From: Monocercomonoides exilis PA203
Taxonomy: Eukaryota; Protista; Preaxostyla
Length of the DNA: 64,000 nucleotides
Direction of reading: 5' to 3'
Assembly (NCBI GenBank): GCA_001643675.2
Contig: LSRY02000038.1
Location: 434,001 to 498,000, forward strand
Shown: positions 1-19,130 of the stretch, one piece after another
Position numbering within the stretch: position 1 is the stretch's first letter
Layout: each line of letters begins with the position of its first letter
Program-made: the position numbers and the translations under genes
Notes under the pieces: generated by a model
What the model saw: the letters and a program-made list of their open reading frames with translations, nothing else
Told to the model about the DNA's origin: nothing
Database searches by the model: none

Positions 1-3000
1 CTCCTCTTCACCTTCGTCATTTTCATCTGAATTCTCTTCATTATTCTCTTCATCTTCATCTTTCTCTTTCCTCTCATTTCTCTCTCTCTTTCTTTCTCCT
101 TCTTCATCTCTTCCTCTTTCTCCTTTCATTCTCTTCATTCTCAACAACCAGCTATCTCTCACATCTAACAGTATTTCTAAGCATTGTTCCAACGAAGATA
201 CTCGAAAATGCGTTTTAGCTACAGATTCAATCATACTTTTCTCCATTTTTCTTTCCATTTCATCAGAATTCGAACTTTTTTGTCCATTTTTTCCAACATT
301 TTCTTCATCTTCTTCCACACTTCTATATTCTTCTCTAACCATTCCACTTTTTTCTTTCTTCATCTTCCTCTTCCTCTTTATCATTTTCACTATTCGTTTT
401 CTTTCTCTCAAACTCTCTTTTTCTCTTGCCATGACCATCACAACATGTCCCATTAGAACATCAGCACATTCAGCAATTAGTGATGCTTTTGCTTTATTCA
501 GCTCTGAACCTCCTCCATTTCTATTTATTGATTCCTTTTCTTTATTTTTTTCTTTTCCATCGATTTCTTCATTTTCTTCATCATTCGCATCATCATTTCC
601 TTCTTCATTCTCTTTCTTCATCGCCCTTTCCTTTTCTCTTCCATTACCTCCTTCTTCCACTTCTTCTCTCTCAAAACCTAATTCTTCTTCCGTCGCATGC
701 GTAAGGAAAGCAGTTGTTTCAGTTAAAAGAGACCAGAGCTGAGATCGGATCAGAGTGAAAATTTGAAGAGGAAAGGAAAGGTCAGATGGAGGAGAAGAAG
801 GAGAACTAGTCGAAGACAACATTGCAAGCTTCTTTTGCATTGCATTCTGGTCTTTGAAAAGCGCAACGAAAGACCAGTTTTCATCAAATGGATTTAATAA
901 CAGTTGCTTTGAGGGGTAATTCAAGTTCCATTCACAATTTTGTTGCAAAGATTGATTGATAGATTGTTCAAAACCATCTTCATTGAAATTAAAATCATTA
1001 TCATTTTCTGTCTCTTCTTTATCTTCTTCATTATCCATTTCTTTTCTTCTTCCTGTTTCAATATCCTTCTTTCCATATCCTTCTTCAGCTTTGCCACATT
1101 GAAAGAACCTTTCACCATCAAACAATGGAAAATGAACAAAATAAAATAGCAACAACAGAAAATGATGAAGAGGCTGCTTTAGCATCGCAGAACTCATCAA
1201 ATACATTGAATTTAGGTTAAAAGATGATGTAGAAGAGGCAAACGCTCCTCTCTCCACAAGTTTCCTTTGATCTCTTTCTCTTTTCAGTTTTTCTGTCAAT
1301 TCCTTCATAATGGAAGAAGCAGAAGCAGAAGCAGATGGCGATGAGGATGATGATATATTCGACTCATTCCACAAACACCATTCATTCCACTCGAATTTTT
1401 TTGTTGTTGGAAAAAGAGAAAGAGGAGAAGAGGAATTTATTGAAGAATAGGAAGAAGAAGAAGAAGAGGAAGAAAGCAATGAAGAGGAAGAGAATGCACT
1501 CTTTGTACTTGACACACAATCATCAAAAGAAACATAGATGAGAGAAGAAGAAGGACCAGGTGTGCGGAGGAGAGTAAAATGGAACTGCAGAGGAGAAAGA
1601 AGAAGATGAAGGAAGGAAGAAAAAGTGGTGGTGATGAATGAAGAGAAATGAGAGTATTTGGAATATATGTCTGGATGTTTTAGTGCTATTTGTGAAGTTG
1701 AAAATGAAGAAGAAGAAGTTGATGATGATGATGATGATGATGAAGATGACGAAGAGGAGGAGGAAGAAGAACTTGGACAAGAAGAAGACATTACAGAAGA
1801 AGGAAAATACAATGGAACACTTCCCGCAACGTTTAATAAGAGAGCGGAAAACTGGATCAAATAAAAATACAAGAGCGATTTGGAATGTGGATCTGAAAGC
1901 AAGACTCGATTTAGCCTATTGAGGAGAGAAGAAGACAGAGAAGGAGATTCAGAAATGTGCTGTGAGAGGAGAAGGTGAAGTGTGGAAGAAGAAGAAGAAG
2001 ATGATGATGATGGCAATGATGAGATATTTGAGGATGAAGATGAAATGTTTTGTGTTGTGAGGCTGTTTGAAAATGACAATAAGTGATTTGAAGTGAACGG
2101 AACAAGATTCTTTAAATGAGAAAAATAATTTGTAGAAACAACAGAATTAAAATGAGAAGAAGGAGAAAAAGAAGAAATATCAGCTAAAAATGGTACAATG
2201 TTCCAACAAACATCTAAAACGAGTTCATTTAGAATAACAAAAGTTGCATCAATTGCACAGCATCTCACAAACCAATCAGGATGAAGAAGAGATTTCCTGA
2301 TGATTAAGTCTTCCTTGTTGAACAAGGAAAGAGAAAGACGAAGAAATGGGAGAAGAAGAAGAAGGAAGGAATGAGAAAGAGAAGGAAGGAGAAAAGGAAG
2401 AGATTCGAGGATCGTGTGCAAAGAAGAAGAAAAAGATGACGAGGAAGAGGAAGAGGAGGAAGAGGAAGTTGATGATGACAAAGAAGGAGATAAAAGAGAA
2501 TAATTAACAGCAGACGGAGCTAATGAGGACGGAGCTGTCGAAACAGATGCGACTACAACAAGAGAAGAAGGAGGAAGCAGAGGAGGCAGCGACAAACGCA
2601 GAACATGATTGAATGAACTCGCACATGAAAGGTGAAATGAATGAAAAGGTGACAATTTTGACACGAAATGATACGATTTGAAAGAAGAAAATGGCAATAC
2701 ACAAGACAGAGATGACATATATTCATTTTGGATCATCTGAAGATAAGCAATGCCTGCTTCCTCGCTCATCCCAATGCAACTGAAATATCTCCTCCAGTTC
2801 TCAATGTTGTGTCTCATTATCACTTTTTCACCGATTGTTTTGTTGAAATCTTTCTGTGAATGTGTCATTGAACTTGATGTGCTCTCAGCTGATTGAAAAT
2901 TTGAATCGAAACAATCCGTTCCAGATAAACAGGGCAACTCTGAATAATTCTTGTGAATTCGACTTTTCATTTTCTCTCCTCTCCTCCTTCTTTTTCTCCT

Positions 3001-5966
3001 CATTCTCCTCATCTTCTTTTCTCTCTCTTCCTCTCCTCCTTCTCCCCTGTCTCCTTCATCTTCTCTTCCCTCTTCTCTCCAAATAACAGACTCTTCATCC
3101 CACCCTCCTCTCTCATCCTCCGCATTCCTCAATCCCATCACATTCTCCAACATTCCTACTTCTCCTCCACCCAGCGCCCATTCAAGCACCCACTCCACTG
3201 CCACGCACACACTCCTGTTTGCACAGGAACCATTCATCAGCGTGTCTGCCAGGAACTGCAAGATCGAAGAGCGGGAATGCGGATGAGAGAGAAAGAGCCA
3301 GGAAAGCGCAATACAGGCAGAAAGAAAGGGAGGAAGTACAACAGCTCGGAGGAGAGGGAGAAGGAAAGGCAGAGGGTCGAATACGGGGGTAGTGGAGGAG
3401 AACGAGCGACTTTGCACAATAAAAGAATGAGATGAGGAGGATGAGGAGGAGGAAGATGAGGAGGAAGATGAGGAGGAAGATGAGGAGGAAGATGAGGAGG
3501 AAGATGAGGAGGAAGATGAGGAAGAAGAGGAGGAAGAAGTATTCAAAACTTCCAGCCTCTCAGCAAATGGTACATACTTTGCATTCTCCCTCGCTGCAGC
3601 TTCCATCCCCATCATCACCATCTTCCCAGCTGCAAAGGCCTCTCCAATTCTCTTCACAGCTTCGCTCACAAACAACGCAAGCATCCTCTCTTTCTTCCCT
3701 GCTTTTCCACTGAAGTTGCTTCCACTGCCACCACCAGCAATGCTGCTATTTCCAGAGCCATTGAGGCACTTGCTCATGCTCGCTGCACTATTACAACTAG
3801 ATTTTTCGCTCCCGCCAGAAAATGAATGGGCAGAGAGATAGTTCAGATAGAGAAGGAAAGTAGGGGTTGACTCGAGCAATATGCGCTGCATGAGGAGACA
3901 GAGAGGCTGAGATATCACGTCCCACTCGCGGCATCGAGCGATGAGGAGGAAGAAAGATAGCTTGACGTTGGGGATCGAAGGAGGAGGAGAAGCTGAAGAA
4001 GAAGATGATCGAGTTCTTTGATTCGAAGTGCGACTATCTTGAACAATTGATTGTGAATCGTCGGAATGAATACTCAGATTGCTTTCATCATTTTCATTAT
4101 CATTATTATTATCATCTTCAACTTCAGTTTGCTCTTCTCTTTCTTCTAAAACGCCTTTCTTTCCATTCTTCTTCGTGATATAGCGATATTCTTCTCGGAT
4201 TGTTTCCAAAAGACATTCTTTTTCTGGCTGGGGCATTTCTAATATATAAAAAAAACATAAGTGTTGAGAAAAAAAATAAATAAAAACAATTAATATTTAA
4301 TGTTTAAAAGAAAAAAGCAATTTAATAATCATAATCATAATAATAATAAAAATTACAAAGTCAAAAATAAAAATTCTGCAAAAAAAAAAAAAAAAAGAAG
4401 AAGTTTAAAAAAAAAGAATTCTTTTTTTAAAAAAATTGGGGAAAAAAATATTTCCAAAATATTGAACAAATTATTATTTTTCAAAAATTTCTTCGCAACA
4501 CACCGTATATCATCGCGTCCCTCATCTTCTCCTCTTCCCCTTCGCCCAGCATCCCTCTGAACACCTCAAACACATCCTCTTTGAAGAATGCGTTCTGCGC
4601 CATTGTCAGCAGCAGCGCCAGTGAAAACGGGGTGCGCAGTGATCTTTCAGAGGAAACCAGCTGAAGAGCTGCTGAAGCCAAGCGGTGGTGAGTCAAAGTG
4701 ACTGTCTGGAAATGAAGGAGCGTTGTTGCTTCCATCTGGTAGATGTGATGGATGGAGGCCTCCTCTTGGATCAGAGACGAGGAAACGGAACTGAGAAGGA
4801 TAATAAAGTTGTGAAAATAATATCATTGAACAAATTGTGATGCGATTAACAAATATATAGTAAAAATTTAATACATGACAGATATTTTTTTTAAAAAAAA
4901 AAAATATAAAAATAAAAGGAAATAGAAGAAAAAAGAAATGGTTAAAAAAATAAAAACAGTGAATGATAACATTCGATAAAGTTTTTCAAAATTATTCTAA
5001 AAATTAATAAAAAAATTCCATTTTTGAATCAAACTCTTGTGCACTTTCATGTTTCGCTCTTGCTTCCAAAAGCGAGAGAAAAGAAATAGTTTCACTCAGA
5101 ATGAGTTCAGTACATCCATTTGACGAGAGAAGAAATAGCTGATAAAACAACGAAGGGAGGCTGTGCACATCAAGTTGCTGCTGTGCGGAGAGAAGCCTGA
5201 AAGTGTTCGAAAAATTTGAATAAATAAATGAATTCAAAGAATTCATAAATTATTCAACAGTCAAGCATAAAGAATAGAAGGCGTATAAAAATAAATAAAT
5301 AAATAAATAACAAACGAAAATGCCCATATGCACAACGTTCGAAGTTGTGCTTGATCAACTGTCATTTCTCGAAATGATGTCACAAACGCAATCATGGCAT
5401 GAACAGATAAAGATCTCAATGAGCAGATTTCTTTGATAATCTTCATTTGAAATTCCGCTCCAGTAAGAAAAGTTCCTAAAAATTTGCACAAAAATAAAAA
5501 ATCAATTATGAAACAAAATTAAACGAACCATCAACTTCAATCCTCCGCGCATCTTCACAAAATGCTAAAATTTGCGGCAATATTGAAAGCAATCCAGTTT
5601 GCGAACGTTGGGTTGAATTTTTCATTGAAGAAACAATGTAGACCGCAAAGAATGACAAGACATTCAAAGAAAATGAATAAAGATGTGATTGGAGAAAAGA
5701 AATAATTTCCTGCGCTATTTTTGGTTTGTCTGAGCAAAAATAAACATGTGCAAAATCCAACCAATAAATACAGAACAATTATTTATCAAAAAGAAAATAA
5801 ATAATAACATTTTTTAGAAAAAGTGATTAAACAGCAAACCCTCAAACTGCCCAGATATAAAGGCATCGCAAACAGTTGACAATAATAATTCTTTTTCAGT
5901 ATTATTGAAACAATTTTGTAGCTCTTTTTTAAAACTTTGTAAATTAAAATTTATAACATTCATCCA
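1..5966 (-). CDS. FANCI: Fanconi anemia group I protein (FANCI) homologue, multi-exon, 3' end beyond the window, with large low-complexity insertions
   Basis: Exon peptides match recalled FANCI segments: TGAEFQMKIIKEICSL, LDVHSLPSLFYQLFLLSSNG (cf. LQEIPPLVYQLLVLSSKG), EATTLLHF..TPFSLALLLTM (cf. EGTIILHI..SPFSIALLLSV). A long exon begins at 4238 after an AG acceptor and was open wherever checked toward position 1; it contains LLPFLRLSLSLFNKEDLIIRKSLLHPDWFVRCCAI (cf. [23 protein letters not shown]). The ORF track misses it because no stop lies inside the window. The start codon is uncertain (about 5900-6100). Confidence 0.85.
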
Positions 5967-6375
5967 TAAATTAATTTATTATGGCGCATTTGTTTTTATT
6001 ATCTTGCTTTTTTTTTTCTTAATTGCAAATTCGTTCAAAAATATACAACAAATACAACTAATGTCAAAATGGTCTTTCTTGAAGAAAATCCATCTTCAAC
6101 AAATTTTATAAATTGAAATCGAAAACAATTGTTAAATCCATCATTGATTTGGTTGGATTTCTGATAAATTGAGTTGAACTTTCTTAAAAAAGATGTGATG
6201 TGAGTGAAACAAAATAAATCAATTATCTTCCAATTGAAGGATTTTTTATGGATTCACAATCATACATTAAATATAAACGAGTTTATTAATATTCAGTTTT
6301 CATAAAAAAATTTCCTTTTTCGAAATGAGATAAAAAGAAAATAAATATTCAAAAATTTTATTTGTAAGTTTAAGT

Positions 6376-8912
6376 TCAATCAGTGCTTTTCGGTTGCTTG
6401 TCATTTTTTGTTAATTCAACCTTTCGATTTTTCCTTTTCGTTCTCTTCATTAATTCCATTGTCTCTCTCCTTTTCAATTTGAACACACTATTCAAAACAG
6501 AAAACGTTTCTTTACTGAGCAAAGGTGTCAAAACCATTTTTGACGCCACCAGTTCTGCTCCTTGTTTGCGGGCAGCGTGCAAACCAAACAAAAACGCCAT
6601 CATTGGAGGAATATCTGATTGCATATGTGACAATTGCTTTGATTTTTGAGCTTCACAATCACTTAACAGACACGCAACCAACAAAGGACCAGGTGAAAGT
6701 TGGGAGACCTCTGGCTGGAAGAAATCAGGAATGGAAAGAGAAACTGTGCGCGTTTTTGATTTTGGATGAGGAGGAAGAGAAGAGGGAGTTGAATGGGAAA
6801 TGCTTATCTTATTTATTTCTTTTCCCTGCTTTTCATTTTTCACTTTCCTTTCATCCTTTTCATTCCTTTCTTTATTTGATTTCTCTTCTTCTTCCGTCTT
6901 TTCATCACCACCATCTTCAATTTGATAATAATCGTTCATCCATTTGAACAGAGCGGATGCATCAGAACAAAAAACCGTTCTATTCAGAAGCAAGCTTTTT
7001 CTGAAGCTGGTTTCTCTTCCATTTTCCTCTTCTCCATGTTTCTCTCTTTTCTCTTCTTTCTCTTCTTTCTCTTCTTTTTCCTTTCTACTTCTTGTCTTTT
7101 TCGCTTTCCTCTGTTTCGCATCCAATTTGGAAGCTTCCTGCTTTGCAAGAAGAACTGCCGAGCGAAGGAACAATTCTGCCAGCAATGTTGTTGATGCCTG
7201 AGACACAAGAGGAAACGGATGTGTTGTTGAAGAAGAAGAGGAGGAAGAAGAAGAGGAGAAGGAAGAATAAGAAGAAGAAGAAGAAGAACATATCATTTCA
7301 TGTGGCACATTTTGTTCAAAAAAAGGAATGCCTGCAGATATTACAGATAGAGAAGAGCGAAGAGGTTGAGAAGAGGATGATGATGATGTTGATGATGGTG
7401 ATGATGGCGAAGAAGAAGAAGAAGATGATGATGATGATGAAGTAGTGTTTGAGCGAAGTGATGATTTTTTATCAAGAAATGAAATTTCTTTTTCTTTTGT
7501 TTGTTTTGTTGATGTTTTCAATGAATCATTCGAAGCAGAAACAGAAGAAATGCTTGATGAAAGTGCACAAGTCAGGAAGTGTTCTGCTTCTTCGCTTGCA
7601 AAATAGAACTTGAATGGAGTCTGCTTTGATGAAATGAATGAGGAAGAAGCGTGCTGAAGAGAAGGAGGAGGAGCAAACTGAGAATATGGAACGGATGAGG
7701 AGGAGGAGGAAGAAGAAGAAGAAGAGAAAGAACGCGAAGAATAACTGGAAGACGCAGAATGCAATCTGAATTTCTTCAGTTTCTGTTCTCTTTCAATGCC
7801 TTCAACTGCTTTCACCAAAGAAAAAGGAAGCGAAATCTGCGAAAAGGGAAAATCTGAGCGCAAATTGAATGACGACTGGAAAGAGTCAGTGATCGAATAG
7901 CGAAAGAGAGAAGACAAGGACTCAGAAAGAGAAGGGACGAAGAAAGAGGCAAAGGAAGAAGAAAGCAAATGAGGGAAAGAAACAGGGCGACTGATGAGAA
8001 GAGAAGGGGGGAGAGAAAGGGGAAAAGATGTGTGGATATCACCAAGCTCAACATGCTTCGTGATTTGGAATTGACTTGAATTCTGGATTTGTCTTTGTTT
8101 CTTTGCCTCCTTCTTCTCCATTTGTGCTTCGTTTGCTCTTTGAAATTTGCCTTTTTTGTTTGTTTTTATTTCATTCACATTGCTTTTCTTTCCTTTCGCG
8201 TTGCTCTTCTCTTCTTTTTTTTCTGTTTCATTCAATTGCTCTTTCACCTTTTCTGCTTCTTTTGCTTCTTTCAGCACTTCCCAGCTCCACTTCTTCCTCA
8301 AAACAGCAATGAAAAACCCGCCTGTGTTCTGTAAATGAGGATAAATTCGCATACACCGCTCAAGATGAAGAGAAGAAGAAGAAGAAGAAGAAGAAGAAGA
8401 AGAGGAAGAGGAAGAGGAAGAAGAAGAGGAAGAAGAATTTGAAGAAGAAGAAGAAGAAGGTCTCAATGAATTTATCTGTGGCTGGGGAGGAGGAAACATC
8501 GAAGGCAGAATTTGAGGATGAGACACATCTATTTGCTGATGAAGTGGAACAGAAGGAATTTTAGGTTTGTTTATTTGTTCTGACAATTCTCCTCCTTTCA
8601 GATTGCTTTTTCTGTCCTTTTTGTGAGAAAATCTATTTCTTTTCCCGCTTTTTCTTTCATCTTCTTCTTCTATTTCATCATCATCTTCATTCATTTCGTT
8701 TTCTTCATTTTCGCTTTCCTCTTCATCTTCTTTTTCTTCCATTGATTCATCGTCATCATCTTCTTCTTCATTCTCTTTCTTTCCCTTCTTTCCCTTTTCC
8801 TTTTCATTGCTGCTTTTCTCTTGTTTTGCATTTGTTCTCATTTGAGGCAGAAGACGCAGCTCATGCGGAATCTCAGATGGATTACTCAACCAAATCCATT
8901 CATTTTCAAATG

Positions 8913-8943
<31 letters not shown>

Positions 8944-11586
8944 TTCCAATCCTTCCTCTTCATGTTGTTTTCCTGTTGTTTCTTTCTGTTTTTCATTGTC
9001 ATTTTCTCTTTTTCCTTTTTCCTTTCCTTTCCTTCCTTTCTTTTCATCTTTCTCTTTCTCTTTCTCCTCTTCTTCCTCTTCACTCTCAACATCAATCTTT
9101 CTTCTTTTCTTTCTCGAACAAGTTTCTTCTTTTTCCTCATCCTCTTCCTCTTCATCTTTCTCCTCTTCATCTTCCTCTTCATCATCATCTTCTTCCTCCT
9201 CCTCCTCCTTTTTCTTTTCATCTTTTTCTTTTTGCTTTCTCAACATTTCCTTTCTTGCTTGTCTTTCTCTTATTTTCTGTTTGATTAGCAGTTTTCTAAG
9301 CTTCTTTTTCTCATTCTTTGTGAGCGAAACACCTGACTCTTTCATTTTCAGAAGAGAAGAAGAAGAAGAAGAATTCATATTTGAAGAAGCATTGCTTGTT
9401 AAAGTTGTTTCTTCATCGCTTTCACAAGTTTCATTTCCTTTTTTCTTTGAAATTTTCCTCTTTTTCTCAAATTTTTCTTCTTCCTCTTCTTCTTCCTCTT
9501 CTTCCTCTTCTTCCTCATCTCTTTTATCCTTCTTTTCTTCTTCTTTATTTCCTCTCATTTCTGACCGAAACTCTCTTTTTATCAGCACTTTCCAGCTGTT
9601 CAACCCAGGTGACGTGCGAAGATGAGGCAAAACACACTCAGTTTCGCTCAAAATCGTGTCTTTGTTTGATTCCTTTTTTTGTTTCTCTTTTAATTGAATT
9701 TCATCTTTTTGTTTTTCTTTGACTTCATTTTCTTCATTTTCATCTTCTTTTTCTTTTCTATCTTTCCCTTTTTCTTTCTTCTTTTCATTCTCATTCTTCT
9801 TCTTCTCCTTATCCTCCTTATCCTTTTCCTCCTTTTTCTTTTCTTTCTCTTTTTCCTTCTCCTCCTTCTCTTTCTCTTTCTCCTTCTCCTTCTCCTTCTC
9901 CTTCTCCTTCTCCTTCTCCTTCTCCTTCTCTTTCATTATCTCTCTCCCAGCCACATCAACCAACTCCACTCTTCCTTTCCACTTCTTCAGCACTGCACTT
10001 ACAACTGCCTCGTCTTCAATGGGAGACAAAGAGCAGGTGGAATAGACGCAGATGCCTCCTTCATTCAGCAAATGAAGTGCTGACAATTGAAAAGAAATTA
10101 GAAAGGAAAAAAAAAAAAAATGAACAAGAAAATGTAAAAACAATAAGAATATCATAAAAAGAAAATTACAAAAACATTAAAAGATTTTATTTGAAGTTAT
10201 TAAAAATTATTAAATAAATTTATTTCTCAAATCCATAAAAGAAAACAAGAAATAATCAAAAACAGAATAAAAATTAAGATAAAAATTAAAATAAAAATAA
10301 AAATTAAAAACAACATAATCATCAAGAAAATTCACCACATTTGCAATTTTTTCATTATCACTTTCTTCTCATCATTCACACCTCTATCCAAAATGCCCAT
10401 TTGCAGAGGATGCAGAAGAAGCGAATCAAAAGGCGAGTAGCTCCTCCAAATTGAAGGTGTCTTTCTGACTGTTCCATCACCAGAGCATGGAACGTCACAC
10501 AGAATACGATCAAAAAGGAATGTGCTCGTTGAACTATATATGAAAAAAGTGTTTAAATTATATTGCAAAAAGAAATGAGAAAAAGATTTTCATTAAGTAT
10601 GCAATACAAGCAAGAAAGTTTTGTTAACAAATAAATTTGTTGAAAATTAAATATTAACAATCATTAAGCAAAGACAAAAAACAAAAAAATTTCAAACCTT
10701 GAATCATCTTTCAGCAAAGGAAATTTCAAAGCATTGTGATTTGTAATAATCAAATTGGGTGAATTGAACGCGCCCAACTGCTTTGCCAGCACGAAGCATC
10801 TTTTCTTTGAAACATCATTGGCAACGATGCACCCTCTCGAAGGGGGCATCAGCTGTTCGTGTGCACTTTCTGCAGCAAATGGTCTGGCGGTGCTGAAAAG
10901 CGAGGCTCTTGACGCAAAAAACGGAAGTCGTGGCAGATGCGCTTGCATTGCTCCTATAATTTGGCTTGTTTTGCTTCCAGGAGATGCGCATAGATCGAGC
11001 ACACGATGATGTGGTAATACATCCAAAAAGAATGTTGGAAGCATGCTAACTTCTTCTTGCCGAGTGATAACAGCTGTTTGTGCAAATTGAGTCAGCATAT
11101 CTTTCAGTTCAATTCGAGCGTCTTTTTGAGGCGAGGATGTTATTTTTCTGTTTCGAAGTGAATTTTTGGATAATTGAATTTGCCATCCACATCCCTCACT
11201 TCCTGGATACCAACCCATTCGCTTCATCGAGGTCTTATCGTTGCTATTTGCAATCGAATTTAAGGTTTGTTGGATACACGCGACAATAGTGTTTTGAGTG
11301 TCCCGTGTTAGTTGAAGAGAATTGTGAACAAAATTTGGAGCAGCCGGATTGACGCGAAAGGTAATTGGCAAAGGCGTTTTCATATGAGAAACAAACAAAC
11401 TCCATTCCTCTTTTGGAACTATTGACTTTAAAAATAAAATTAAAACTTCCTTTTGAACATAAATGAGGAAATAATAAAAACCTGATAAACGCTCTCGTAA
11501 AGAGTTGTTGCTTTTTCTTTTTCAAATTTCTCTGCTTTAAAATCTGTGTTCAAGCGTTTTGAAACAACTTTCCTTTGCTCACTCAT
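6376..11586 (-). CDS. NSUN2: tRNA (cytosine-C5)-methyltransferase NSUN2/Trm4 (RsmB/NOP2 family), multi-exon, inflated by poly-E/K and poly-S
   Basis: Motifs [74 protein letters not shown] and [22 protein letters not shown] are spread over exons at about 11400-10698, 10533-10380 and 10082-6376, joined by GT..AG introns. The 5' exon and start at 11586 are tentative. Confidence 0.92.
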
Positions 11587-11859
11587 CAATCAAAAATGAT
11601 AAAGCAAAAAAATTGTTGATCAGAAAGATCAATAATTCTAATTTTAATTTTATTTGAAATGAATACGAAAAACCTCTCCAAAAGAGAAACAACCAATTGA
11701 CATTTCACTGGACAGAAAAATTAAAAGATGAAATTTCAAATATACAGGTCAAAATTTGAATATTTATTAGGCAAAGCTTCTGAGAAAGATATTTGCGCCA
11801 AAATCGAATTTATTCAACAAGGAAATTGTAAAAATAATAATTTTTTTTTCCCTCCCTGT

Positions 11860-17390
<5,531 letters not shown>

Positions 17391-17683
17391 TTGACATTAC
17401 CCATAATTATTTGAAAATCGTTGAACTATTTTTTTATAAATTCAATGGATATCTCTCTTGTCAATATAATTTTTTTTTCAAATTGATTTTATACATTAGA
17501 AAAATTTTCAACCCAATATAAAAGTCTTCTTGCGATCGTGTTTTTTGTTCTTTCTTCAAGTGAGAAGACATAAATCGCGATGTTTGTCTTTTGTTATTTG
17601 GTTTTGAATATAAAAAAACATTGTAAAATTAAATAGTGATATTTTATTCAGATTGCTAAATTTTCTGAAAATCAATTCATAAC

Positions 17684-19130
17684 ATGCAAACAAAGGTTAA
17701 GAGTCAGAGCCCCAAATCGTCAACTATATGCCCTAAAGCGCTTTCCTCTTCTCCGTATTTGCCTTCAAAATCGTCACGTCCTTTAAAGCCAAAAGTTGCA
17801 ACGCCTGCGAGTATTTCAACAGTCGCAAAACCAAAATTAAATACTTCTTCTCCATCAAAGCAGCCAAAATCTAAAGTTTCCGTCAAAGCTCCAATGGAAA
17901 AGCATATCAAAGATAATGGTTTTTCCAAAGATCCTTGCAATGGTTCATCTCACAGCTCTTCAAGTGACATTAAGACAACATTGCAAGAAAAATCTTCTCA
18001 TAACGATGCTCAGACTTCATCTTCCATTTCACAAAAATCGGAACCTTCAAAGGTTTTGCCAGAAGATGAACTCCATGACGCCATTGGAGAAGAGGCACCA
18101 GTTGAAAAGAAGTCTCAGACATATGTTCGACAAAGGAGAAGCGCTATCATTTCACATTCAACAAGCGTTTCAAAAGAACCCACTGAAATAGAAAGTGTTC
18201 CAAAAAGTGAAGAAGTGAAAGCGAAGCTTCGCCAAATCACAAAAATTAATTTCCTTTTTTCAAGATTGGATGATGTTCAGAAAGAAACGATAATAGGTTG
18301 GTTTTTATTTATTTGTGAATTTTTTTAATTTCATAATGATTATTAAATTTTTGTGATATCTACATATTTTTATATTCGTAATTATTATTATTATTATTAT
18401 TATTATGATGATTTCAATAGATTCAATGTTTGAAGTGCGCAAAAGTGCAGGCGAAGACATCATCAAGCAGTTTGATGAAGGAGACAACTTCTATGTGATC
18501 GGCAAAGGAGAAGTGGATGTGCTGATAGCAGCAGACAAGACCTCAACCCCAGTGAAAGTCGGGCATTTATCCGACGGAGACGCATTCGGAGAAATAGCGC
18601 TGATGCAGAACTGCCCGCGCACAGCGACGATCCGGGCGACAAGCGACTGTGTTTTGTGGGCCATTACGCGAGGCACGTACCGCCAGGTGATGATGCAGAC
18701 GGTGCTGAAGAGGCGGGCGAAGTACCAGGAGTTCTTTGCGCAGGTACCACTTTTCGGATCGCTGACAGACTACGAGCGGCACCAGCTGTGCGATGCAGTG
18801 GTGCCGCAGGAGTGCAGCGCAGGGAAAGTGGTTGTGGAGGAAGGGGAGAGTGGGTCTGTGTTCTACATCATCGAAAGCGGGGAGGTGGCGGTGCTGAGGA
18901 AGATGGAAGCTGATAAGGAGCCGGTGGAGGTGTCGAGGCTGACGAGTCCGATGTATTTTGGAGAGGTGGCTCTGCTGTCGAAGGAGAGCAAGCGCATGGC
19001 CACGATCAGAACTGTGAGCGACTGCAAGTTCCTGACTCTGGATAAAAAGACTTTTATGAGGCTGCTTGGACCAATTGAGCCGATATTGAAGAGGAACATG
19101 GAGCAGTATCATTTAATGTTGGGAGATTAA
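17684..19130 (+). CDS. PKAR: cAMP-dependent protein kinase regulatory subunit (two cNMP-binding domains); intron 18297-18420
   Basis: Inhibitory site RRSAI, then VPKSEE..LRQITKINFLFSRLD. CNB-A: IIKQFDEGDNFYVI..FGEIALMQNCPRTATI. CNB-B: EGESGSVFYIIESG..FGEVALL..RMATI, followed by FMRLLGP. The GT..AG splice joins ETII-D-SMFE in frame; stop is TAA. Confidence 0.93.

Noticed and set aside
8742-10083. Plus-strand ORFs rich in F/S/L (also 12791-15225 and 36665-40302)
   Set aside because: Antisense shadows of (GAA)n/(TCT)n tracts in the real minus-strand genes; stop-poor by composition.
17684-19130. Alternative genetic code (TAA/TAG = Gln, as in some oxymonads)
   Set aside because: PKA-R ends at TAA at the expected position and the long ORFs contain no in-frame TAR codons.
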